Virus record (IMG/VR): IMGVR_UViG_3300028888_000057
Length of the DNA stretch: 64,000 nucleotides
Strand: one strand, 5' to 3'
DNA from: a virus
Lineage: Duplodnaviria; Caudoviricetes
The translations under genes were made by a program, and so were the position numbers. Below the pieces are notes generated by a model, which was given only the letters and a program-made list of their open reading frames with translations, had not been told where the DNA came from and searched no databases. Position 1 is the stretch's first letter, and each line of letters opens with the position of its first letter. Below are positions 37,466-48,200 of this stretch, in pieces.

Positions 37466-38176
37466 TCACATATTGCCACAACCGCAGCCAAAGTTCTGAT
37501 TGCAGCAAGCAGGATTCTGAACTACGTAAGCAGGACGCGGAGTCGGAGCGAGATACTGCTCAAGCGCCGTCGTCTGAGCTTCGTTATTAGCCAGAATCGC
37601 AGCGGTCTGAGCACCCTGAGAAGCCGCAAACCGAAGAGCCTGATTGGCATTCTGCTCAGCCGTGAGCTGACTCTGCAGGGCACGAAGCTGGCCTTCATAA
37701 TTCTGCTTAACGCCATCCAGTTCAAGCTGGCAAAGCTTGTCAAGGATCTTCTGATTATTATCATCACAATTGGCGCGAGTGTTGGCGGACTCAGTTGCGA
37801 TGGTATACTTAACGTCAGCAGTTGCTGCACGATTCTCGCAGAAACCATTCTGCAGAGCAAGCTGAGTAGCAAAATTCTGGTTCATGTCCGCCATCTGACG
37901 GCTATTAGCAGAAATTTCGGCCTGAGCAAAACCATTGGTTAAGGAATTCTGAATGCCAGTGATCCCGTTCATAACTGCATTCTGGTCGAATCCACGCTGC
38001 ACTTCGGAATACGCACCGTTGTTGCCGAAACCACCGAATCCATTGCCGCCCCATCCGAACATTGCCATCCAGATGAGGAGGAACCAGAGACCGTTTCCGC
38101 CAAACATATCATTGCCATATCCACCATAAGCGGGAGCCACGGGCATATACATTCCATTGCCATTTTCAGTCATCAT
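37466..38176 (-). CDS. Gly-rich TM plus coiled-coil protein with Cys-rich tail
   Basis: WFLLIWMAMFGWGGNGFGG, VQRGFDQ, ILDKLCQ, PRPAYVVQNP, CC..GCGC. Confidence 0.85.
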   Translation of the reverse strand: MMTENGNGMYMPVAPAYGGYGNDMFGGNGLWFLLIWMAMFGWGGNGFGGFGNNGAYSEVQRGFDQNAVMNGITGIQNSLTNGFAQAEISANSRQMADMNQNFATQLALQNGFCENRAATADVKYTIATESANTRANCDDNNQKILDKLCQLELDGVKQNYEGQLRALQSQLTAEQNANQALRFAASQGAQTAAILANNEAQTTALEQYLAPTPRPAYVVQNPACCNQNFGCGCGNM

Positions 38177-38202
38177 AATAAATCGCTCCTATTCTAGATA
38201 TT

Positions 38203-38220
38203 TACTTTGTAAACAAAGTA
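38203..38220. promoter_or_regulatory. Palindrome upstream of 236-aa gene (operator candidate)
   Basis: TACTTTGT-AA-ACAAAGTA. Confidence 0.35.
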
Positions 38221-38322
38221 GGGATTTAGCATTTGCTTACTTAACACGGCAAATACCGAAAGCGTGCCGAATTCTATTGCTTAATAACAACCTGTTAATT
38301 AAGATAAAATTCGTATGAAATT

Positions 38323-38356
38323 AAAAAGAACGCTACGAGCACAAGTCTCGTAGCGT
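38323..38356 (-). terminator. Terminator downstream of 719-aa fibre gene
   Basis: ACGCTACGAG...CTCGTAGCGT followed by UCUUUUU on - strand. Confidence 0.7.
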
Positions 38357-38589
38357 AGTAATATTTCCAATCTCTCCTTAGATTTAATTACGTGTAGCGC
38401 TATACGTAATTTCATTATTCGTTTCTGAACGAGATGAGGGATGGAAATAGAACTCAATTTTACCCACATCTTACGAGTTCTGCTTTTATTGCAGCGGAGA
38501 TTAGACGTGTTCAACTCCCAAAAAATAATTTTACAATCGTCTGATGCTGTATTCTTGTAATATAACAAGTATTAAAAAGTACAACTTTA

Positions 38590-38955
38590 TACTTCGTTAT
38601 ATAGCAATTAAACATGTTTTATTCTTTTACGATATAAGTCCCTCCAAAGTAGAGCCTTTTTGATGTGGTAGCACCATTTAGAGTATAAATTGATACTTGC
38701 CCGTCATTATTAATACTAATAGTAACGCAGGTTCCTCCAATATTTCCGGTTACAAATGTTCTATCTTTCGGACGATCTCCTTCTGGCAACGTTGCGATCG
38801 TTTCGTCCTCGGCGTGTACCCTGCTCACGCCTTGAAAGGATACGGAACGGATTCTTCCTGATCGCATTATAATTCCATTCGCTCCGCTTTCATCTGTTGA
38901 GACATAGTTTGTAAAGCTATTCCAGTCATAGGCCAAATTGCTATTTAACGCAGTA
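38590..38955. repeat. Inverted repeat pair flanking the fibre tip segment
   Basis: +38590-38610 TACTTCGTTATATAGCAATTA vs -38955-38935 TACTGCGTTAAATAGCAATTT (18/21). Confidence 0.7.
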
Positions 38956-40778
38956 ACGGCCGCACCTAAAGCAGTTCCGCCAGATGAATCAGCATTACAG
39001 TTAACATATATATCTCCTTTTAATCTCTCGTTACCATACCAATCTAACGTTCGTGCATTGGAACGATTAGAATCGTTTGATCCATTTCCAACCATTTCAA
39101 TATATGTGCCAGTTGAATTCGTGTTATTCGGATTTGGATCTGGAACGTTTAATTTTCCAAATACATGTTGATAACGATGAGAACTGATTGTGGAATAACC
39201 CTCTACGTGAGAATAATTGCCGTTTGCCTCAGAAGAGTTTCCTTCTGCGTGAGAACATGTACCTACAGCTTTTGTTTGATATCCTTCTGCGTGAGCTGTG
39301 TCGCCGGATGCAGTACTTTCATGGCCTTCTGCATGCGAATAATTTCCAGATGCGGTTGTTGTATATCCTTCGGCGTGCGCTGCATTACCAGAGGCAACGC
39401 TTTGCATTCCTTCTGCGTGACTAGCAATTTCGGATGCTGTTGATGACGATCCTTCTGCATGAGAACCGCCCGCTGTTGCCTTCGCACCATTCCCTATAGA
39501 AAACGAATACATACCTGACGCTTCTACATTAGTTCCTATTGCGACACTATTCGTCCCGACCGTTGTCGAAGCTGCTCTTCCCATGCTGATGCTTCCTGTA
39601 AATACAGGACTTGCCGTAGGAGCTTTGTTGTCGTTAAGAATTTTACCTTGCTTAGCAGTTAAGGCTTCCAAAGTAGAGCTGCTTGTAAGTGTATCGTTTA
39701 GTGGAATGCTCGCTTTCGTTGCGGTAATTACACCTTGTGCATTTTGGCTTATTGTCTTAATAAATGTGGTAGACGTTCCACTAGCCGATGGATCAGACAC
39801 GGCACTTTGTGTATTCTTCTTTCCGGAAATATCTTGATGAGCAGTTAAAACTTTTACTCCTCCGCTATACAAACATCCGTCCGTGCCAACATAAGCCGTA
39901 TTATGAGAGTAAGTTTGAGGATTTGCTGCTTGAGAAGTTGCACCAACTATGTATATTTTCGAAGAAGTATCTGTTGAACCGGCAGTGTTTTTAGTATCAG
40001 TTGTCTTATATCCTTTTCCTTCTACAAAAGACGCTACAGCCGCTGAAGTTGGAAGGTTAACACTTGTCGACGATGCGCTAATCGAGGAATCGACTGCTTT
40101 TGCAGATGCAGCGTTTAGTGTAAAACCGTCAACAGATCCTCCTGTGAGTAATTCTTTTGTATTTGGATTATAGGTCAATGTGCTTGTCTTTCTAGCGCCT
40201 TCTGTTCGGGTCGTATTGTCAGCTGTTCCAGAAAATAAAACTTCATAATCTGCGTCTGTCGCAGTTGCAGTTTGCGTAACGCTGTTATTCGTATCGCTTC
40301 CAGGAATCCCCAGCGCAGTAATATCAGCCTTGGCTACTGCTGTTGCCGCTGTCACATGGCCTTGCGCATTCGTTGTGATTTTATATAATCCAGAAGTGAA
40401 AGCACTACCTGAAGCCGCAGCATGATCATATGCCGTTTTGCCACGGTCGCCACGGTATGCTGTCGAGCTTGTTTCGCCTAAAGCTAATGAAGCAGATATC
40501 TCAACGTATGCAGAACCAGACCATCGATAAGTTTTATTGGTATCTTTAGCTACATATATTTTTCCTGTTTCGCCTGTAGCTGGGAAATCGCTTTGTTTTG
40601 CATACTCAAGCACGTCATCAACATAGCTTGGCAATTGGCTGGATGGAACCTTTCCTGAAGAATCGAGTTCCGCTAATCCATTTGCAGCGCCCTTTAATGT
40701 TGTGTTTAATTTCTTGGAAAATAAATTATCTAATAGTCCTTTAAACGTTTGTAGTCCATGTGTATCAAGGAAAGCCAT
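38619..40778 (-). CDS. Tail fibre / receptor-binding protein with YadA-like SHAEG repeats
   Basis: Shared fibre modules; 14-aa ASGxxSHAEG repeats; about 105-aa tip domain (IATLPEGDRP). Confidence 0.85.
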   Translation of the reverse strand: MAFLDTHGLQTFKGLLDNLFSKKLNTTLKGAANGLAELDSSGKVPSSQLPSYVDDVLEYAKQSDFPATGETGKIYVAKDTNKTYRWSGSAYVEISASLALGETSSTAYRGDRGKTAYDHAAASGSAFTSGLYKITTNAQGHVTAATAVAKADITALGIPGSDTNNSVTQTATATDADYEVLFSGTADNTTRTEGARKTSTLTYNPNTKELLTGGSVDGFTLNAASAKAVDSSISASSTSVNLPTSAAVASFVEGKGYKTTDTKNTAGSTDTSSKIYIVGATSQAANPQTYSHNTAYVGTDGCLYSGGVKVLTAHQDISGKKNTQSAVSDPSASGTSTTFIKTISQNAQGVITATKASIPLNDTLTSSSTLEALTAKQGKILNDNKAPTASPVFTGSISMGRAASTTVGTNSVAIGTNVEASGMYSFSIGNGAKATAGGSHAEGSSSTASEIASHAEGMQSVASGNAAHAEGYTTTASGNYSHAEGHESTASGDTAHAEGYQTKAVGTCSHAEGNSSEANGNYSHVEGYSTISSHRYQHVFGKLNVPDPNPNNTNSTGTYIEMVGNGSNDSNRSNARTLDWYGNERLKGDIYVNCNADSSGGTALGAAVTALNSNLAYDWNSFTNYVSTDESGANGIIMRSGRIRSVSFQGVSRVHAEDETIATLPEGDRPKDRTFVTGNIGGTCVTISINNDGQVSIYTLNGATTSKRLYFGGTYIVKE

Positions 40779-40793
40779 ATTTACCCTCCTTTC

Positions 40794-41051
40794 TCAGTAA
40801 TGTGGTATTTGATGCATGATGTTTTGAATCTGCTCGTTTGATATATGTCTTGTTTGTTGTAAATATTGAAGTATTTGATTTGGATTGTTTTGAGCATACG
40901 CGGGAATATCCGGAAACGCCTGCATAATAACTTGCATAGGATAATGCATAGCCTGCATAACCTGATTTACTCTTTGCATAGGATTCATAGGATAAAATGC
41001 GGCAGGACGATTATTCGGATACTGCATTTGTGCATTATATAGAGGATTCAT
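40794..41051 (-). CDS. Unknown-module Q/N/M-rich protein
   Basis: MNPLY...NPNQILQYLQQT..ISNEQ. Confidence 0.75.
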   Translation of the reverse strand: MNPLYNAQMQYPNNRPAAFYPMNPMQRVNQVMQAMHYPMQVIMQAFPDIPAYAQNNPNQILQYLQQTRHISNEQIQNIMHQIPHY

Positions 41052-41467
41052 TAGTTTCCACCCCGAGTTCTGGAAGAAGTTCCAATGTTCTGAATTGTCT
41101 GGGAAAGATTATGAATTTCTTCTTTCAACATGTCAAAGTCTTGGCGGGTAACAAACTGGTTGTTGTCTCCGGAGATATTGCCCGGAAGCAAAGCAGGATT
41201 AGTTCTTTCTTTGATTTCATAATCCAATTCCTGCATTTGATTAGGCATGCCCATATTATTCCAGCTTTTCAGCCAGATCTTCTTTTCGCTATTGTCCCAA
41301 AGAGCAATAGGAGTTTCAGGCGGCCAGCCTTGCGGCATCTGAAAAGCCTTGGCTCCAACTTCACCATCTACCCATTCCATAGATTTGATGTTGCTCGTAT
41401 AAGACTGAGCCTGAGGATAAGCATAAGGATATTGAGAGTAGTAAGGATTGTAATTATTGTACGCCAT
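41051..41467 (-). CDS. Unknown-module protein
   Basis: Y/P/Q-rich N-terminus; WVDGEVGAKAF..LWD..LKS..GMP; FVTRQDF. Confidence 0.8.
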   Translation of the reverse strand: MAYNNYNPYYSQYPYAYPQAQSYTSNIKSMEWVDGEVGAKAFQMPQGWPPETPIALWDNSEKKIWLKSWNNMGMPNQMQELDYEIKERTNPALLPGNISGDNNQFVTRQDFDMLKEEIHNLSQTIQNIGTSSRTRGGN

Positions 41468-41481
41468 TGTAAATCACCTCA

Positions 41482-41856
41482 TTATTTTATTCTCCAGAAA
41501 AATGATGCTAATTCCTGACCAGAATCCCAGCTGTCCCAATAGTTTCCATTAATAATAGCGACCGCATGAGATCCCGTTCCAATGATGTAAGTACCGTTCG
41601 GAAATTCCCGCGTAAAACCTTCAATCGTTATGCAAGAAGGACAGGACGCAGGAAGCAAAAAAGGCTCGAAACCTTTGAGATATAAGTAGTGCCCCCAGAC
41701 CGTATCAGCTGAGGGCATGTTAAAATCATTTCTTGCAACCGTATACAATTCATCAAATGTTTGAATCCAAGGTTGATTCAAAGCGATTGATATTGCACGG
41801 ACTACACAATCCGGTACTTCTTTTTTAGCCGGATTAGGATTAGCTTTAATCCACAT
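41482..41856 (-). CDS. Papain-like (C39-type) cysteine peptidase-like protein
   Basis: NPNP..DCVVRAI (Cys), HAVAI (His), DSWDSG (Asp). Confidence 0.65.
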   Translation of the reverse strand: MWIKANPNPAKKEVPDCVVRAISIALNQPWIQTFDELYTVARNDFNMPSADTVWGHYLYLKGFEPFLLPASCPSCITIEGFTREFPNGTYIIGTGSHAVAIINGNYWDSWDSGQELASFFWRIK

Positions 41857-41884
41857 ATTCCACTTCCTTCCTGCGTCTTGTGAT

Positions 41885-42244
41885 TCATTCTGCTGGAGGT
41901 AAAAACTCTAAGAAATCTTCTAACGGTTCTGTAATTTTGTAGGTAATACCGTCTGCAAATGCAATCTGAAGTTTCTTCCATTCGCCGAGTTCAATCTCTA
42001 AATTGCCTATCTCGTTTATATCGGCAATATACTCAGGAATCTTTTCTTGCTTAAGCTTTCCGTTTTCATCGGCAAATTCAGAATACTTTTTACGAATTGT
42101 TTCCTCTTGTTCCATTTGAAATTCGATATGTGGACGCAAGAAATGACGTAATTGATAAACCGCCCACTGTTCTTTCTTTGTAATCGCGCAATTGGATAAT
42201 TCTTCTGTTGCTTTATAAGCTTGAATAATCTTAAACTGTTTCAT
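41885..42244 (-). CDS. Small protein following Tal (DUF1617-like, tentative)
   Basis: IRKKYSEFADENG..EIEL pattern; position. Confidence 0.55.
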   Translation of the reverse strand: MKQFKIIQAYKATEELSNCAITKKEQWAVYQLRHFLRPHIEFQMEQEETIRKKYSEFADENGKLKQEKIPEYIADINEIGNLEIELGEWKKLQIAFADGITYKITEPLEDFLEFLPPAE

Positions 42245-42271
42245 GATTATGTCCTTTCTACCTTCAATAAT

Positions 42272-45200
42272 TTAACTAACTACTTTCCATAATTCCATAG
42301 CATTACTACCATAAGAATGCCATTCTCCATTTACTTGGAATCCCCAATACCGAAGTCCAGCAGACTCATACTCACTGCTGGAACCGCCTCCGCCTGCATA
42401 ATAACCTTCTAAATATGAATTTGCACATGCGTCAGATGCATCAGCAAGAATGTATATTAACGTTCCGCCATCACTGTCTAGTATGCTAATATAAGATTTA
42501 TGAGATGATGCTTCAAGGTCGCTTTTGATATCTGCGTCAGTTTTATCTCTTGTCATTTTACCTGATCTATTTGATTTCACAGTTGTAGATGTTGCCCTAT
42601 CAATCATGTCGACTATATATTCGCCGTTGCTCCATTGACCACTTAAATCAAAGGAGGCGGCAGTCTTAAAATTTATAGTTGTACCATTTGACAACGTAAT
42701 TACGTTACCATTAACTTTCTTTATCGTGTGATAGTAAAGTTTCCATAACGGATATTGCGTTGTTGAACTTGAAAGATCAATTGTTGATTCAGTTCCGTTT
42801 TCATTGAAAACTTTCAAGCTCTTGCACCAAAGGTTGCCGGCTTCATCTACCTTAAAATTTCCGCTGCTAATATTAATCGTACCGCCAGATTCAAGCGTTA
42901 ATGTCTTGCCACCTGATATTTTAATGCCAGTTGGAGTAAGATAAACACCGCTTGTATCCTGCAAATCAGTAACATAAGCAGATATAGCAGCATCTCTTTG
43001 TTCGATAGTACTGTATCCTTTCAGCGTATCGCCTACTGTTTTTATTGATTCTTCTACAGCTTTATCTTTTGCTTCAACTAGTTGCCCATATAAGTTTGCG
43101 GTACCGCCACTAAATGGAACACCATTCAATGTCATATTCTCGCAATTTATCTCCAGCGTACCAGAGCTAACGGTAATCTTGTTAGGAGTGAGCGTAATAC
43201 CAGAATTCGATCCACCTAATGAATCAAAATCAGTCGAACTCAAAATAACTTGCCCTGCAGTATTAACATCAATTCCGGCTACAGTTTTCTTTCCGCCGCT
43301 TTTTTCTTCAGTTATTGCTTCCAATGACAAATGGCCATTATCCTGAAGAAGCTGAGTTTTACTTCTCATTTCTGAAGTGTAAGTAGTATATTCTAATTTA
43401 AACTGGTTAAAATCAGCATGGAAATAAAAAAGCTGAGAAGTTCCATTTACATCAACAGCATTGTTTTGTAAAGTTAAAGACTTTGCAACTAAGTCTCCCG
43501 CAACCTTACAGTTTGAAGCAATCATTGCGCCACCGCTTGTAACTTGGAAAGGATATTCACCACTAAAAGGATTATATTTTCCACCTTGAACGACAATCGT
43601 ATTATCGACAACAACATTGTTAGCAATCCGATTCAGCCAGAAATCTCCCTTGTGGATACCAGCAGGCTCGATTTCCCAGCCGCCAATTGTTCCTGATTGC
43701 GCGGTTAAGACCCCGCCATTTGTCACTATAAAGTTTCCACCACCCAAACTGATACCATCTGTGCCCAGATAAATACCGTTTAGATTCGTGGAATCCAGCG
43801 TTGGCATATTATTGTAAATGAAAGATTTTCTACCCGAAGAACCAATTGTGAAAGGAGACGCCAGGCTACCTATGGAAACCGTGCCATTGGTCAAAACGGA
43901 CACCGAAGAACCAGAATTAATCGTTATGTTGTTTGCAGCGAGAACTCCTATAGTACCTGTTATAGCGTCAATGGTTAATGCTGCGCCAGATATAGTAGAT
44001 TTCGCTGTTGTTAATTCACTCCCGAGCGTTATACCTTGCCCTAAAACAATATCGCTTGCCGCAATCGTCAAGTGAGACTTTGTACCATCAGCTGAGAATT
44101 TAAATGCACCGCCGCCGATATTAATTCCGTCTGTTCCGATATACACGCCATTGGACGTGCTATCTAAACTATTATCTTCACCGGCATGCATATAATGTCT
44201 TGTAACACCTTCGGATGTGGCTTTGCCAAGAGTAAACCCAGCGATGTTTCCAGCATCAGCGTTTACCGTTCCTGTAATAGATACAGCATAATTACCTTGC
44301 TGATCTTTAGTAATACTGAAATTAGGTGAATCTACAAGAAACTCACTGTTTGCTTGGATACTTAATGTAGAACCAGATTTGATTGCCATGCTCCCGCCAG
44401 ACTCAAGATTGACAGTGCCGCCTTTAACATTCAGTTCCCCGTTGGATTCGATGTTCATTTTGCCGCCGGGATTGTCGTTGCTTCCAGCTTTAAGATTAAT
44501 TTCACCGCCAGACAAAACAGATATCGATGCAGGAATCGTTTGCCCTTGTTTATTCATATATCCTGCACGGATATCAATTAAAGCATCTGTAGTGTGAAGC
44601 GAACCAGAAGGTCTAAAGCCATCTATCGTAGCGTACAATTCAAGGGCTTTGTTGCTGCCAATTTCCAGCTCCTGACCTACGCTCGCATTAATCTTATCCG
44701 TCGTAATAGAACCAGCTTCGATTAATACACCAGACAATAATCCAGTATAAATGGCATCAGCCGTCATCCCGTCACCAGTCATTGTAGAGCGCCATTCCCA
44801 TTCGCCCCATTTGTCTTTGGTGTTTGATATCATATACCCAGCGCCAGTTAACATCATTGCAGAATTACCATCGGCAGATTCCATAACAATATTGCCTTTG
44901 GGATCTGTGTACCAGTTAGATGCACCGCCTTGAAGCAACGTAACATTTGCTTTGATGGCTCCTTCTAGCTTATCGGTTGCCATCTTACCTGAGCCAGATA
45001 TATTACAAGCTCGTTTATAGACAGACTGATTTGCTTTTGTTTGCTGCGCGACATCCGCGATATGCGAAATAACATCGGTAAAAGAATGCTGATTTAAGAG
45101 AGAGAGATTTGTATCAATACTAACTTTAGTTTCCCAAGGCTTATCATAACATTTTTCAATCTTATCGATAAAAGCCCATTCGTCTACGTTAATATCCGGA

Positions 45201-48200
45201 TCAATCAAATGAGCGGCATAAGACATGTTAATATCAGGCCAGTCTGCAATCGATCTGTCATCAGCTGTTAAACCTTGTTCTGAGCCATACAGATCTAAGA
45301 ATGTAAATGTGTAGTTAGGTTCTGGTCGTGATATTATATCAAGATTTTCTTTTGCGTCAGCATAAAGCTTATCTTCATCGCCTTCAACATAGCTGTCTTT
45401 CTGCCACCAGCCTTCTCGATACAGATCACCAAGATCGGTTGCTAGTTGATTGTTTTGGTCTGTTATTTGCTGGGTGACCACATTATACGCAGGTAATCTT
45501 TCCAGATATAACTGATCGCTTAACGTCACAAGATTTGGAATTAATTCGTTAATGCCAATTCTGTTTCCTTTTAGAGACAATGTTTCTTCTTTAACTTTTC
45601 CGAGAATCTGATACTGTTTTCTTGAAATAAATAGTCTGTTTAAATAATCATGTACTCGCACGTAATGGTCTGACATCGGAATACTGGGACAAACAAATCT
45701 TACGTAACGTACTCTTTCCGAAGTTGTAAAATAGCCTGTGTTTTCAAGACCGAAAGAATCCAGATATCTTCTATTGGAGTCATAGAATATAATATAGCTT
45801 CCGGACGGAAGATGATAATCGTAGCGCGTACTGTAGTTTAACGTAATATTGTTAGAGCGGACATAGTCTTCAGTATTATATTCGACGTGCGTCGTTCTAT
45901 CGATCGCACCTTGATTAAATGTGACATTCGAAAGTTCATTAACTAAAGGATAATCAATCGTATCAAACGTTTTAATTTCTGCTTTTACAATATTATCGTT
46001 TATTTCGCCTTGAAAAACATTGTTTGATGCAGTATCTAGAATGATTTTCTTTCCAGTTGTTACTACTTGATCTGTTGTAAACGTCCAAATGAAACCATAT
46101 TCATCCTCAAATGCATAGTTCCCGGGAATCAGATCACCGTACGTAGTATATTCATATCTATCGTATAATCCCTTATATAACATATCGCGTTTTAAACAAT
46201 AAAACACAACCTTGCTGAAATTATTTGTTAATCTTTGAGCTTCAGCATCTGGAGCATAGTATTTATTGTGACTTGGAATCTGGATTCCACTATCTCCAAT
46301 TTCAACCCACTGTAAGATCCCGTTTTGTGTCTCTCCGTGATAAAGAAGTTTGGTTCTTGGATTGAAATAATATTCACCAGCCACAACAGTAGGCGGAGTT
46401 TCAGACACGTATACTCTTCTCCAAATCGTATCTCCTGCCAAACCGTAGCAGAAGTATAGATTACCAAGAGTTGTTTCGTCCCTGAAAGATCTATAGAACC
46501 AGCCGTAACTGTTCTGCACAAGACGATAATCAGGTAACGGATCACTATCCCAGCCAAAATATGTTGGATGGATCTCAGTGACCTGTTTCGTGGTCTGTTG
46601 TAGAGTTCGAGTCAAAGCTTCAGCTTCGCTTTCCTTGACGCCGAGTTTGCCACTAATAGAATTTGTACAGTATAAATAGAAATGAGTTCTGTCGATAGGA
46701 AAGTTCGAAACATTAACTTCGTTTGTGTTCAACCACACAACCAAAGAATTAGGATCGTCGTTTTCTTTGGCCGAATAAATATAATCTTCTGTGTTGTCAT
46801 TAACCTTTTTAACATATCCTTTTCTCCACCTAGCGGGGGTCACAGAAGGATTGATTGCATATACAACACTACCAACTCCAGAAACAGGATCGCCATTTTC
46901 TTTCAGTTCTTCTGCAACATACCAAGTAAACAGCCGCCTTCTTGGCTCGTCATAATCAGACCTGTACAATACGGGTTGAGAACTATCGAGTATCAGCTTA
47001 AGATAATTGCCATCTTCTTCATACCGAATCACGTTAAGTTTTAGAAATCCAGTATTATGTTCCGCAATAACGCTTAATTCGTTCTGTGTTTCAATAACTT
47101 GTTCATATATTTCTTCAGCCGATGCTAATAAAGCAGGAGCTGTTCTCTGATATATTGCTATTTTTTGAAGTAAATCATCTGATAACAATCCAACCGAATT
47201 ATAATATCCAAAATCAGTAATGAACGAGAAGTAGTTTCTAATGTTAGACACAGAAGGAGTCAAGGATGTTCTATTCTCATACTTTGGTTTTTTATATACA
47301 TGATATGCTTTTTCTTCACGATTATTCCAAACATAAGACATAGACGTAGCATCCAACATAGACCATACAACAGTATCGCCGCCTCGTGCATTTGTGGCAT
47401 AGAAGTAATACGTTGCTGTTCCATCAGAGAAATAATACTCTCCGTTTCCAGAGATTATCATTGTGTATTCTTTATGCTCGCATCTCTGTAAAGAACAGAG
47501 ACCTTCCCGATCTCCGTAAGAACCATACGCATAAAGTTTCGTACAGATGTTTTCTGTGTTTAAGGTTCTCTGTATGTTGTGAGCGTTGCGGTCATAATGC
47601 AGCTCAAGCACGGGAATATTGTTGTTGACCACTTCTGTCGGAGTTCCGTCATCGTTCAACTCTTCAGAGAACGGGTTCATAGGTAGAACATCCACAGTCA
47701 TTTCATTCCCATGATAGATCGGCTTTGCATCGAACAGTTCGCACATCGAAGCAATCATCTTGAATGCACCGGTCTTAGCTGATGCAACTAACGATCTGAC
47801 TTTCTCAACGTTCGGCTGATCTCTTTCCATGAACTGAGCCACGTTACCGCATGTCCAGCCGGTACCTTCAAGGATTGTTTCAAGAAGCTGTCTGGCTGTG
47901 CCAACATTGTTTCCTTCTTCGTCTGAGAACTCAAGATCCATCTTCTTCTGTTTGAGCAGCATTGAGATATGGTTTGCTACAACAGATACGTTCTTTGATT
48001 TTTTATTGTGTGTAATCTTTGGTTCAGAAATCAAATACCAGTCTGTTTCATAATCATCCATTAGCCGAATTCTGTAATCTGCAATCAGGTATTTGATTCT
48101 ATAATTATCTTCCATTCTTTCGTCTGTATAAACTTTAGAAGGAATCGTAAATGACAGTTCTTTCCAACCATTACGTTCGGATGTTACAAATACGTCTGTA

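Larger units (their letters stand above)
22530..40692 (-). repeat. About 130-codon module shared by fibre genes
   Basis: GxAELDxxGKVPSSQLPSYVDD...YRWSGSAYVEISASLALG...ITALGIP at about 22530-22919, 23695-24083, 25387-25776 and 40302-40692; partial near 26450-26520 and 34630-34825. Confidence 0.9.

Noticed and set aside
29312-37942. Long plus-strand ORFs (29312-29971, 30239-31411, 31436-32380, 36257-37018, 37442-37942)
   Set aside because: Antisense shadows of well-supported minus-strand genes, with no recognisable motifs
38299-38568. 89-aa minus-strand ORF as an alternative fibre tip
   Set aside because: No RBS, not in register with a crossover site, overlaps a terminator, and does not resemble the tip domain
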